A stretch of 64,000 nt of DNA, from the NCBI RefSeq assembly GCF_006345805.1, contig NC_043005.1, positions 10,230,001-10,294,000 on the forward strand. The letters run 5' to 3'. Shown here in pieces: positions 12,323-24,212 of this stretch (within the stretch, counting starts at the first letter, position 1; every line of letters begins with the position of its first letter). The stretch comes from Octopus sinensis (lineage: Eukaryota). The notes under the pieces were generated by a model. That model was not told the origin of the DNA, ran no database searches, and worked only from the letters and a program-made list of their open reading frames with translations. The position numbers and the translations under genes are program-made.

Positions 12323-15300
12323 GCGGAAATTCCCCAACTCGAGCCCTCCAAGTTCACCACCACAACCACCACAGAAAGAAAAATGTAAGCGGAATAAATG
12401 GACCCGAGAAGAGTATAAAGAAGTAATATATGCTTATTACTATGCATTAGGTAAGCCATCTCAAGAGAGACACACCGCAAACTCTTACAGTATATGGAGA
12501 ACACGGAATCAAGACAGTAGGCCCTATTTGGAAGAGAACAAATTGGCAAATGTGAGGAGGGATATCCTTAGAAATAACAGACTCACAGACAGCGAAATAA
12601 GCGCGATCAAGCACGCAACAGAAAATGACATAAATATAAGACACAAAGGAAATGAAGAATCAGATGAACAGTATAGCCCGCCACGAGGCTTAATTGAAAG
12701 ACTGCCCTCTGACCAAAGTACGCAAAGGCCTGAAGATACAAGAAATTCTATTGAACCTCTTAAAGATAGCCAGGAAAATGATAAAACAACAGTAACTGAA
12801 GATCTCGCATTTGCTGAAGAACACGGAGAGTCTATGGCAGAAATGAGGCAGAAAATCCTGAATACGCTTGAAGTTGTAAGACATACAAGTATGAATGATA
12901 GAGAACCACTTCATAAACTCTCAAATACAAACCAAAATAAAAAACAAATCCAAATTGGCAACAATGTAACAAATGAAATAATACAAGAATTAAAACCTGA
13001 TTTTACTGAGTTAAATGAAATTATTTACGCTTCTGCTAGGGCAATTGAAACCAGCTGTATGCCCCCGAAAAAACAAAGAAAACCAAACCTGGGAAGAAAT
13101 CAAACCTGGAGAAGTAAAATTGAAAAAGAGATTGAATTTATGAGATGGGAAATATCAATATTAAATGAACTAATATGTGGAAATGATGTAAGATCCAGAA
13201 CAGGAAGAAAGATGAAGAGAAAATTTGGATCCTCACCAAGAGAAGAACTGATATCAATAAAAGAAAGGCTGAAACAAAAAGTCCAAGTAAAAGCCCAAAG
13301 AATACGAAGATTTGAGAAGAGAAACAAGTTTTACAATCAAAATAAGCTGTTCACATCCAATGCCAAAAAATTCTACAGAGAAATAGGGAAGGAGATAGTA
13401 ACCGTTAAAGACCCTCCTCCCGTGGAAGGAGTTCAAAACTTTTGGAAAAGGATTTGGAGTGACAAGAAGACGTACAACATAAATACAGACTGGATTATAC
13501 AAACAGAAGGATCCTACCAAAATTTACAACAACAAGCATGGGAAGACATCACAATAGCAGACCTAAGAAAAGCACTCACGAAGGCCCATAATTGGAAATC
13601 CCCCGGTAAAGATAGGGTGCCGAATTTCTGGCTCGCATCGCTTCCATGCGCACACGGTAAGCTAGTTCAGCTGCTCAATGGAATTATGAGAGACCCAAAG
13701 AAGACACCTGAATGGTTAGCAAGTGGTATTACTTACCTACTCCGAAAGAATAACGAAACCAACCTTTCAAAAAAACTATCGGCCTATAACCTGTCTATCC
13801 ACCACGTATAAAATCCTAACATCTATCTTGGCGGAGAAAACATATGCATTCATGGAGAAGAACGATATTTTCCCCATTGAACAAAAAGGGTGCCGCCGAG
13901 GCTCCTACGGATGCAAAGATCAACTGCTAATTAATCGTATGATCCTTGAGAACTGTCACAACAAGCGCAGAAATCTCAGCTCCGCATGGATTGACTATAA
14001 AAAGGCCTTCGACAGTATACCGCATCCATGGATCTTGAGATCGCTGGACATCTTCAAAATTTCCCCTGTGATTTCAAGCTTCCTGAAGCACAATATGTCG
14101 TTGTGGAATACGAATCTCCAATTATACCACTCTAATGGGGTACTTGCCTCAGAAAATATAAACATCAACTGTGGAATTTTTCAAGGTGACTCACTTTCAC
14201 CTTTAATATTCTGCATAGCCCTAATACCCCTTACAAGTGAATTAAACAGAACAGGGTATGGGTGTAAAATTGCCAATAAAAAAATAAGCCATCTATTTTA
14301 TATGGATGACTTAAAACTCTATGGTAAAGACGATAATGAACTTGAAGGCCTATTGCGCACTGTGAAAGCATTTAGCGATGACATCGGGATGGAGTTTGGG
14401 CTTGAGAAGTGTGCCAAGGCCACTTTGCAGAAAGGGAAAGTGAAGACCACAAATTCAGTCATGTTAGATGTTGACACAGTCATAAGAGAGCTTGAGCAAG
14501 AACAAACATACAAATATTTAGGGATAAATGAAGGCTCTGGTATTCAGCATGCAAGCATGAAAGAGAAGGTCAGGAAGGAATGTTATAGGAGAGTTCGTGC
14601 AGTTCTGAAATCTGAACTAAATGCACGTAACAAGCTGTTAGCTATAAATTCCTTAGCAGTTGCAGTTGTTACTTATAGCTACAATGTGTTGAACTGGAAT
14701 ATGAGTGAAGTAAAGAATATAGATAGGAAATATGTGGCCCGTAGCAGACAAGCTGATGTTGACCAGAAGCAAACCCATCAGTGGCTACGGAGCTCAGGGC
14801 TAAAAGCAGAGAGCGAAGGTTTCATCCTGGCTGCTCAAGATCAAAGCCTATTAACCCGGAACTACCAGGCCAATGTGATGAAAAATGGAGCAGACCCAAA
14901 ATTCCGATTCTGCAACGACATGATTGAAACAGTAGACCACCTAATCACTGGATGTAAAGTCTTAGCACCAGTGGAGTATAAATTAAGACATGACAGAGTT
15001 GGCCAATATCTACACTGGCTAATAAGTCGGCATTACAATATCAAAACTGCCGACAAGTGGTATAAACACCACCCTGAAGCTGTAACTGAAGGAAAAAATG
15101 TAACGATTCTGTGGGACTTTCCAGTACATACAGACCGAACCATCAAAGACAATAAACCGGATATTGTTGTGAAAGACCAAAACAATAAAGTTTGCTTATT
15201 GATCGACATGAGCATCCCCTGTGATCATAATATTTCGGCGAAAGAGTTTGACAAGCTCAGAAAATATAAAGACATGCTCATTGAAATTGAGAAAATGTGG

Positions 15301-15632
15301 CATCTCAAGGCGGTTACAATACCAGTGATCGTAGAAGCACTAGGAATGATCAAGAAGGGAACCGAAAATTATATGAGAATGATCCCTGGCTTACCATGCC
15401 TACAAGAAGTGCAAAAGATTGTCTTAACTGGTACATCACACGTATTGAGAAGAGCATTGTCGATGTGAGAATTATTACTACCCATGTATTTTAATTTACC
15501 TTAAAAAAAAATGAACGAACTAGTGAGTTTAGTTTAATGGCCTACCAATGTATACTATGAGTTTCTTTGCCCTAGGAGTCGGGAAGACACTCGGCAAGAA
15601 ATGGAAGCAAATTTGAAAGAAGAAAAAAAAAC
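12322..15632 (+). mobile_element. R4/Dong-clade non-LTR retrotransposon in (TAA)n
   Basis: N-terminal Myb-like KWTREEYKEVIYAYY. RT motifs KSPGKD, YRPITCL, WIDYKKAFDSIPH, GIFQGDSLSPLIF, YMDD. CCHC remnant (FRFC...HLITGC). RLE motifs RHD, KPDIVV, LIDMSIP, KLRKY. TAA tracts at 12228-12321 and 15633-15692. Confidence 0.93.
12528..15468 (+). pseudogene. Dong/R4 polyprotein ORF (RT + zinc finger + restriction-like endonuclease), disrupted
   Basis: ORFs 12528-13811 and 13723-15468 join by a frameshift in the A-run near 13770. Apparent in-frame deletion at NIDRK|YVARS (~14730). First Cys of the CCHC reads Phe. Confidence 0.85.
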
Positions 15633-15653
15633 AATAATAACAATAATAATGAT

Positions 15654-15692
<39 letters not shown>

Positions 15693-15883
15693 TTCCCCAA
15701 GACACCAAGATGAAGGCTGGAGGGTATATCAGCCGAAAAGTGTTAAAAATCAAGATGAGGACAAATATCCGTCAAATGTAAATAATGTAAATAATGTAAA
15801 TAACGATCCTGACATATTTCAGGCAATGACTATACACGAGAACGAGAGAGCGGTCATTATGTATATACATACATGCATGTAAA

Positions 15884-17175
15884 CGAGGTGGTATCAAAAG
15901 GTTCCCGGACTAGTTATGCTTAATAAAAATAACTTATTTATCTAAGTTTTAACATCATTCGAAATAGAGACCTTGCGCAGCAAAACACCTGTCCCAGCGT
16001 TCCTGCCACTTTTGGAATCCGGTCTGGGAGTCGTTTTCCATTATCAAGTCGAGGATCTTCTGTGGTTCGCTCTGGAACTCAACAACGGTTTTAAAACGGC
16101 GATCTTTCAGCTGCATTTTCATCTTGAGGAAGAGATGGAAGTCCGCAATAGCTAAATCTGGCGAATGGAAGCACTCCGTCGGTTACGACGACGAGGGTTC
16201 CGGTTGATCCGAATCAACGGAACAGCCTGCTCGTGAAATTAACGTGTAAGTGGCTGAGCACTCCACAGACACATGTACCCTTAACGTAGTTCTCGGGGAT
16301 ATTCAGCGTGACACAGAGAGTGACAAGGCCGGCCCTTTGAAATACAGGTACAACAGAAACAGGAAGTAAGAGTGAGAGAAAGTTGTGGTGAAAGGGTACA
16401 GCAGGGATCACCACCATCCCCTGCCGGAGCCTCGTGAAGCTTTAGGTGTTTTCGCTCAATAAACACTCACAACGCCCGGTCTGGGAATCGAAACCGCGAT
16501 CCTATGACCGCGAGTCCGCTGCCCTAACCACTGGGCCATTGCGTCTCCACATCTGGCGAATAGGGAAGGTGCGGAAGCGATAACATGTTCTTTTTGGCGA
16601 GAAACTTACGAGTGAGGAGAGTTCGGTGATGGGTTGCATTGTGGTCCTGAAAATCCAATTCTCCCCGCTCTACAGATCCGGTCCTCGCTCAAACGCTTCA
16701 AAACTTCGCAGGAGAACTCTCAATTGACAGTCAGGCCCTGGAGTATGAATCCTCGATGCATAATATTGCATTTCCGGGGGTGACGCTCGTGGCAAGTCTT
16801 CCAGGGACGTTATTCACTTATGAAGCGCCCGTGTCACTCAAAACATTGCGTACGACTCGTCGCCGCGTCGCCGTAAGCTTGCTGAAGCATGCTCAATGTT
16901 TCCGTAGCAGACTTCCCAAGTTTAGCGCATAATTTCACGCTGACATTCTGTCCCTGTCCATGACTAGATCGCAGACTACAACACATACGCGATCGCAAAA
17001 ACACAGATTTCACAGCTTGTGAAGTAAAAGCAGCAGTGTCACCCGGCACACTGCGTCACACTGCGTCACACTGCGTCATAAAGGTCACTCCTAGTTCTCA
17101 CTGAGCACGCAACCATGTGCTGCCATCTATTAGCGCGCTACAGAACTAGTCCGAGAGCTTTTTGATACAACCTCG
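15884..17175 (-). mobile_element. Internally deleted mariner transposon with both TIRs
   Basis: TIR cgaggtggtatcaaaaggttcccggactagtt (15884-15915) is inverse to 17144-17175, with TA on the right. Transposase N-terminus VKLCAKLGKSATETLSMLQQAYGDAATSRTQCFE. Confidence 0.85.
16167..16550 (-). mobile_element. tRNA-derived SINE family C nested in the mariner
   Basis: Head tggcccagtggttagggcagcgg...gtttcgattccc. Perfect 11-bp TSD atctggcgaat (16156-16166, 16551-16561). Confidence 0.9.
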
Positions 17176-17265
17176 TACATACTTATGTGTACAACATACA
17201 TACATACATACATACATAATACATACATACATACATACTTACATACATACATACATACATATATA

Positions 17266-17327
<62 letters not shown>

Positions 17328-18026
17328 TGTCTGTATACAGTTACATTCATACATACATCCACTCAAAATGTAGATATGAAATATATACTTAATTGGTCGT
17401 GGTTTCACTTTTGCTCGTTTCTTTCATTCTCCCATTCCTTTCTTTCTCCTCTTTTAAAAGCGAGCTGACGTTTTCACGAACTCTAGATTTAAGCCACGCA
17501 GTTTGTGAGAAAAACAGGAAGAAAAGGGTAAGTGAAATTTTATTCACAATATCTGTTCTTAACTTTGTACATTGTTGTATGTAAATACATTATATTATAT
17601 ATATATATTGGTACTCCGTCGATTACGACGACGAGTGTTTCAGTTGATCCGAACTTTATCCAAAAAACCTTGAAAGCGTACCTGTGTTGTGTCTGTATGG
17701 AAAGATAATCGCTCATCTGCTACTCATTGAAAAGTGAAAGAAATTGGAATACGATGATTACTTAATGCATCTTATATATACACTTTATATACGTTATACA
17801 CAATTTTATAGACTTAATACACAGCGCTCATAAAATAAATTTTCACTTTATTTTTCCATTTTCCCCTATAAACAAAAAAAATCCGTACATATGATACAAC
17901 TGTTAGTTAAATTGCATATATCTGCCACATAAATAAGCGTGAATGATTCACGGAATTTCACTTAAGTGCATGCGTTAAATGATAGGTGATATAAAAAACC
18001 TTTTTTTTATTTTTTTTTTTTTTATT

Positions 18027-18380
18027 TTACTTGTTTCAGTCATTTGACTGCGACCATGCTGGAGCACCGCCTTTAGTCGAGCAACTCGACCCCGGGACTT
18101 ATTTTTTGTAAGCCCAGTACTTATTCTATCGTACTTATTTTGCCGAACCGCTAAGTGACGGGGACGTAAACACACCAGCATCGGTTGTCAAGCAATGCTA
18201 GGGGGACAAACACAGACACACAAACACACACACATATATATATATACATATATACGGCAGGCTTCTTTCAGTTTCCGTCTACCAAATCCACTCACAAGGC
18301 ATTGGTCGGCCCGGGGCTATAGTAGAAGACACTTGCCCAAGATGCCACGCAGTGGGACTGAACCAGCCACTCCAGCGCCT
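18027..18380 (-). mobile_element. SINE family A
   Basis: Reverse complement of family A, with a deletion in the head. Confidence 0.85.
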
Positions 18381-18414
18381 AGTTAAATTTTTTTTAAATA
18401 ATCTTTTCATTATC

Positions 18415-19410
18415 CAATTTTTTAATATTTTCAGATTTGTGTTCTACAAACTCTACCTCGTATGATTAGGCAAAGAAATTTTGTTTTTTGTTTATATATT
18501 TTATTTTACTCCACCCCGAAATTATCAAAATTCGAAGGGTAGGTTAGGACAAACTCAAAAAGCAATGACTTGGAAAATACATATATAGGGTGTTATCCGG
18601 ATAAACAAAATAATTATTTGGGACAAATTGAAAATAGAAAAGAAAGGAGTAATGATTAATTAGGATCAAACAAAATTAGAGCATCATTCGGATAAACAGA
18701 ATAGGGTAATTTAGGACAAACTTAAAGTGAGGATAATGGGGGGATTTGGGACAAACTAAAACAACGATCATTTGGAAAGAGCATAAATTGGGTATTTTTC
18801 GGATAAACAACGTAATTATTTAGGATAAATTTTAAAACGATGGGGCGGGTAATTAATTTGGAACAAATAAAATTAGGGTATCGTTCAGATAAACAAAATG
18901 GGTTAGCTTAGGACAAATCGCCGTTTTTTGAGTTTTTCCCAAATTACCTCTCGATATTTGAGAATTTTATAGAAGGGTGGATGAAAAACTTAAATCATTT
19001 TTTTTACTTTTTTGCTTAATCGTACGAGATAGAATATGTACAATACAAACACGAAAAAATATTCTGAAAATACTAAACACTAAAAAGGAACCCGATATGT
19101 ATTCTCCAAATGATCGCCGTTTTAAGTTTGTCCAAAATTACTTCATTGTTTTCTTTCTGAGTTTGTTCTAAATTACCCCCATTTTATTTATCTGAATGTT
19201 ACCCTAACTTTTATCTATTCCTAATTAATTATTAATCCTTTTGTTTATCCGAATAACGCCTTATTTATGCATCTTCGAAGTCATCGCTTTTTAAGTTTGT
19301 CCCAAATTACCCTTCGAAATAAGAGAAGAATAAAAAGTTTAAATCCCCAAACTTTTGCTTAATCGCACACAATTCGAAAAAAGTTTCTGAAAATATCAAA
19401 AACTAAAAAC
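18415..19410. mobile_element. Foldback-type element with long modular inverted arms
   Basis: Left arm repeats ttaggacaaa / cggataaaca. Right arm (19095-19410) has the reverse complements tttgtcc / tttatccg. Outer ends are also inverted (ttttcaga / tctgaaaa). Confidence 0.6.
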
Positions 19411-19647
19411 GTTACGACCCGTAGAACTATCTGAACTCTGATACTGCTAGATCAACCAACTGGGTTTTTTTCTTTTGTTTTTGTTTTCCATTGACTACAC
19501 ATTACAGAAGGTAGTGATAACACAAGATCAAATAGATCTTGTATAAGATATTTTCTTAATTTATCGATCATGAAAGGTTTTCAAAGTAAATTCGACTTTG
19601 CTGCTGCTATAACGTAAACCCACATAACTGAATAGCACAACACATTA

Positions 19648-20092
19648 TGGATCTTTTCGGTTTGAACGGCAGTTTTTTCTAGCGGTGTCATATGAAATTG
19701 TCACCCATAATTATGACCCTAGAATCGATCTATTGCATTTCAATCTCTTTTAGGGTTAGAGTTAGTTAGGGTTAGGGTTAGGGTTAGGAGTGGGAGAAGG
19801 GTATATTTTTTCTTCACAAATGTAAATAAACCCAATCTGTTTCTTAAACGAGGGACATATTCATACGGCACAGAATGTTTTTTTTTTACCTCAATGGACG
19901 TCACTGATTGGTTGAAATTGCAGAAATTGAAGAAAAAAAAACAACAAATATCTTACAAACTATAGAATTTTCTCAATAAAGCCAAGAGAAAAAGATGTTT
20001 TATAAACACATTCTACCAGTATACGAAGTTTAAAATTTTTTTGTTACCTAGAAATTATGTTAAAAAATTGCCGTTCAAACCGAAAAGATCCA
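19648..20092. mobile_element. MITE with ~30-bp TIRs and an internal (TTAGGG)n tract
   Basis: tggatcttttcggtttgaacggca / tgccgttcaaaccgaaaagatcca. Possible 8-bp TSD cacattat/agcattat. ttaggg repeats at ~19750-19788. Confidence 0.8.
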
Positions 20093-22155
20093 GCATTATT
20101 AAGGCACTCTACTGTTTCTGCGATTGCCTTAATAAATTATTAAAATAATTATCATACTTGTCACGTACACAAACCAGAATTACATGATTAGAAATTTGGC
20201 GGAAAAGCGACACACGGAATGATGAAAAGTAAAGGTGTCTACTGAGGGACTTGAACTCAGAATATAAAGGGGCCAGAATGCATATTGATAGGTATTTTAT
20301 TTCCCGACACTTCCAATTCTGTCTTTATCATAATGATTTAATAAAGATTTCCGACATGTAGACAATTAAAGCGATTCCAGTACTTGTAAGGTACTTTACT
20401 TTCGCTCGTAATGATGAAAAATAATGTGGAATTTGGCAGGATTTTAACTAAAACATAAATATTTGAACTAGACTCTACAAAGAATTTATGCCAAGTGTCA
20501 GCCGATTCTAAAGTGCAGTTTTAGTTATATCAGAATACACACAATGACATGACCAAGATTTATTGGCGACATGCAAACACTACCTATTTAAAATAAACAA
20601 GTGATATGTATATACGTATAAAAACAGTCATTAGGTAAGCAATCAAGTCAAATAACCTCTGATATTTCCGAGTAAATTGATCAAAAACTAAAAGAAAATT
20701 AGCCAGACATCATAATTATATATTCAAATGGAATATCTTTTCGTCGATGTATAATGATGATACGTATAACATTACTTGGAAAGAGGTTGGAAATAATGTA
20801 TAAGCAATCACAATTAAAATTTGAATGCTAGCAGCTGTTACAGCAAACATGAAACAAAAATCTTGTAAACTTCTTGATATTGTTTATCAATACATACTAC
20901 AGCACATATAAATTTGCACAGTACTTTTACTGCGTGGGGCCTCGTGGGTTTCAAAGTGGAGGCTAAAGGAATCTTAATCGATGCACAGATTCAGAGCAGT
21001 CTCGCCACAAAATAAACCCGAATGCTCAGTTTAAGCTAAAAAATTTAAAAAAAAGTGGGAAACATTTATACATGATAAAACATAATTCTGCATTCAATCA
21101 AGGTTGACGTAGTTGAACCAAATGCTTCAGAAGCAAACGCATAAAAGAGATGAGTCAGAAAGACAAAAGGGCAGAGAACGTAAATATAGTTTACATGCAA
21201 GTCAAAAGTAAACAGCACAACCCTTTCTCTAGAGAGTTCATGAGATGCAAAAAGATTAGTGTTTTACATCGCAAACTTCAGTGACGAAAGTGACGAATGA
21301 AATTTAATAAAAGTAAGACAACGCGAACTAAAATAACAAAGGCACTTCCGGAAAAATTGGGCGGAGAAAAAATATTTTCCTGGGAACAGATAAAGAAATA
21401 TGAGACATAGACAATGAGACCGTATTGTTGACAAGTATGAGTTTCAAAATAGAGACAAGAAGTGCTGATAACTGAAGCTAAGACCAGTGTTTCGATATCA
21501 AATATTGCAAGAAAGCAATGCTATAAATGTCAAAAGAACTTAAATGTTTTATCTGCAGAGAAAAATTTAATGATACAATTGATCGTATTCTTTTATGATA
21601 TCTAATACCGAGAATGTTTGCATAGGCATAATTGAGTAACTGTGTAGGAAAATAGCAAAACCTGTTAACACTACAAGATTTTTAGCTCTATTTGAAATTA
21701 ATGGTACGCAGTACTCTAAAAAGCCCTGTATTAAGAATACATTACCCAAAATTTGATTGTGTATAGGATTATATTTACAATAAATACAAAGATGTATACG
21801 CATAATTAACTAAAAAGAACTACTTTAAAATATCAAATGATGGAAAACTAATGAAAATAACTACAAAAAAAAGTTTTAAATACAGAGACAAAGTCTGAGG
21901 TTGTGGGAAAACTGGAGAACCAATAACAGAAATAAAGAAAGGGTAAAAGCTCCAGTTAAAAATGGGGCTGCGGAATGCTCTGCGTTAAAGACGTTAAGAA
22001 AAGCAACATGACCAGTACTTGACAAAACTGAGGAGGACGGAAATATAAAGAAAAATCGCGAACTGAATGAAAAGCGCGGTTCTCAAAGATGAAGTTGAAG
22101 GATTCTTGATCACTGCACAGAATAAAAGCCGGCGCGTAAAAAAAAAGAAAACTAT

Positions 22156-22310
22156 GGAGTGGCTGTGTGGTAAGAAGTTTGCTTCCCAACCACATGGTTC
22201 CGGATTCAGTCCCACTGCGTGGCACCTTGGGTAAGTGTCTTCTACTATAACCTCGGGCCGACTAAAGCCTTCCCAGCGGATTTGGTTGACGGAACCTGAA
22301 ATAAGCCCGT

Positions 22311-22381
<71 letters not shown>

Positions 22382-22406
22382 TTGTGTGTCTGAAATAAGC
22401 CCGTTG

Positions 22407-22472
<66 letters not shown>

Positions 22473-22682
22473 TTGTGTGTCTGTGTTTGTACCCCCCTCA
22501 TCATTGCTCGACAACCGATGTTGGTGTGTTTACGTCCCCGTAACTTAGCGGCTCGGCGTAAAGAAACCGATAGAATAAGTACTAGGCTTACAGAAGATAA
22601 GTGCTGGGGTCCAATAGTTGGACTAAAGGCGGTGCTCCAGCATGGCCACAACCAAATGACTGAAACATGTAAAAGAGTAAAA
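22156..22682 (+). mobile_element. SINE family A with internal tandem duplication
   Basis: ctgaaataagcccgttg plus the TA/TG tract occurs twice. Confidence 0.85.
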
Positions 22683-22793
22683 TGCTCCGAAAGAGAATAC
22701 ATCTTCAGGTATGATAACATGAAGAATTTATACGCCTTTGTGTAAACATTCACCAGAGAAGAATTTAGAGAGCGATAAAGCATGTAAAGACCA

Positions 22794-23545
22794 AGACAAG
22801 GCCCGAAATTTTGGGGAGGGGCTAGTCGATTAGATCGACCCCAGTACGCAACTGGTATTTAATTTATCGACCCCGAAAGGATGAATAACAAAGTCGACCT
22901 CGGTGGTATTTGAACTCAGGACGTAAAGACAGACGAAATACCTATCTCTTTACTACCCACAAGGGGCTAAACAAAGAAGGGACAAACAAGGACAGACAAA
23001 TGGATTAAGTCGATTACATCGACCTCAGTGTGTAACTGGTACTTAATTTATCGACCCCGAAAGGATGAAAGGCAAAGTCGACCTCGGCGGAATTTGAACT
23101 CAGAACGTAGCGGCGGACGATATACCTATTTCTTTATTACCCACAAGGGGCTAAACATAGAGGAGACAAACAAGGACAGACATAGGTATTAAGTCGATTA
23201 CCTCGACTCCCAGTGCGTAACTGGTACTTAATTTATCGACCCCGAAAGGATGAAAGGCAAAGTCGACCTCGGCGGAATTTGAACTCAGAACGTAGCGGCG
23301 GACGATATACCTATTTCTTTATTACCTACAAGGGGCTAAACATAGAGGAGACAAACAAGGACAGACATAGGTATTAAGTCGATTACCTCGACTCCCAGTG
23401 CGTAACTGGTACTTAATTTATCGACCCCGAAAGGATGAAAGGCAAAGTCGACCTCGGCGGAAATTGAACTCAGAACGTAACGGCAGACGAAATAAAGCAA
23501 AGCATTTCGCCCGGTATGCTAACGTTTCTGCCAGCTCACCGCCTT
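22794..23545 (-). mobile_element. SINE family B (Meta/MESC-like domain), tandem tetramer
   Basis: Four ~185-bp units containing gtcgactttgcctttcatcctttcggggtcgataaattaagtaccag (minus strand), with a single head at the right end. Confidence 0.85.
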
Positions 23546-24170
23546 AATAATATATCTATATTGACAAGGGGATCGAGGATATTTTTATAAAAGCTGGCCG
23601 AGAATGAAAGTGACTTCGAATCGAAGAATCAATACCAACAGACAAGATGTCTTTAGAGAAATTCTGGAAATATCTTAATCTGAGTATCTGAAAATAGAGA
23701 TAAACACAATGGGAGAAATATTTTGAATAAAATTAAATGTTTATATACAGTGCAGTGATAATTATTTAGCAACTCGTCAAATAAACGTTATTATTTTTCA
23801 ACATAACAGGAATCTGTTGATTGAAAAATATAAACGGTGACGGAGAAATATGAATTTTAAAACGCGAGTCAAAATAGAATTAAATATTGAATGATATAAA
23901 TCGCATATATACGTGGAAATAGGTATAATAGTAATAGCGAAGAGAAGAAAAATACTCTTTTAGAAATCGAGAGTTAAGGACAAATATGTCGTAAGAGATA
24001 AAATTAAAAGTCAGGGATGAATGAGTGTCATGAAAAATAATTAAATAATAAATGCAATATATATATATATATATATATAAAATATTATTTGAGACAAAAC
24101 CACTATTTTGCAAAACAAACAAGGAAAGACTTAATCAATACATAAAATTTAATAAATAGTCAAAAAACCG

Positions 24171-24212
24171 CACTACAATCGTTTCTTGTCTTGATCGACA
24201 ATCTTCAGGTGG
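24171..24212 (-). ncRNA. Minimal hammerhead ribozyme motif
   Basis: Reverse complement of 28074-28116, with 1 nt missing in stem I. Confidence 0.65.

Larger units (their letters stand above)
11680..15805 (+). mobile_element. Penelope-like element 3' part: GIY-YIG endonuclease (11700-12130), tRNA-like module, TAA tract (interrupted by Dong), degenerate hammerhead end (15692-15805)
   Basis: YVYPIPYSCGRLYKGETCRPFKIRVEEYRKAV...KSGIADHVW...VKIIDREHHW is a PLE GIY-YIG. The distal part has acac..GATGA-aggctg..cagcc-GAAA..gtgt. Confidence 0.75.
20700..23720 (+). mobile_element. Old, highly degraded R4/Dong-like LINE remnants split by SINEs
   Basis: Broken-frame peptides [21 protein letters not shown] (~22068-22130), [11 protein letters not shown] (~22684-22718), HYPK..LYLQ (~21743-21780) and GFKVEAKGILIDAQ (~20945-20990) parallel the Dong ORF. 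Confidence 0.55.

Noticed and set aside
22794-23545. Regular repeats resembling a CRISPR array
   Set aside because: Whole ~185-bp units repeat with no unique spacers; these are SINE multimers in eukaryotic DNA.
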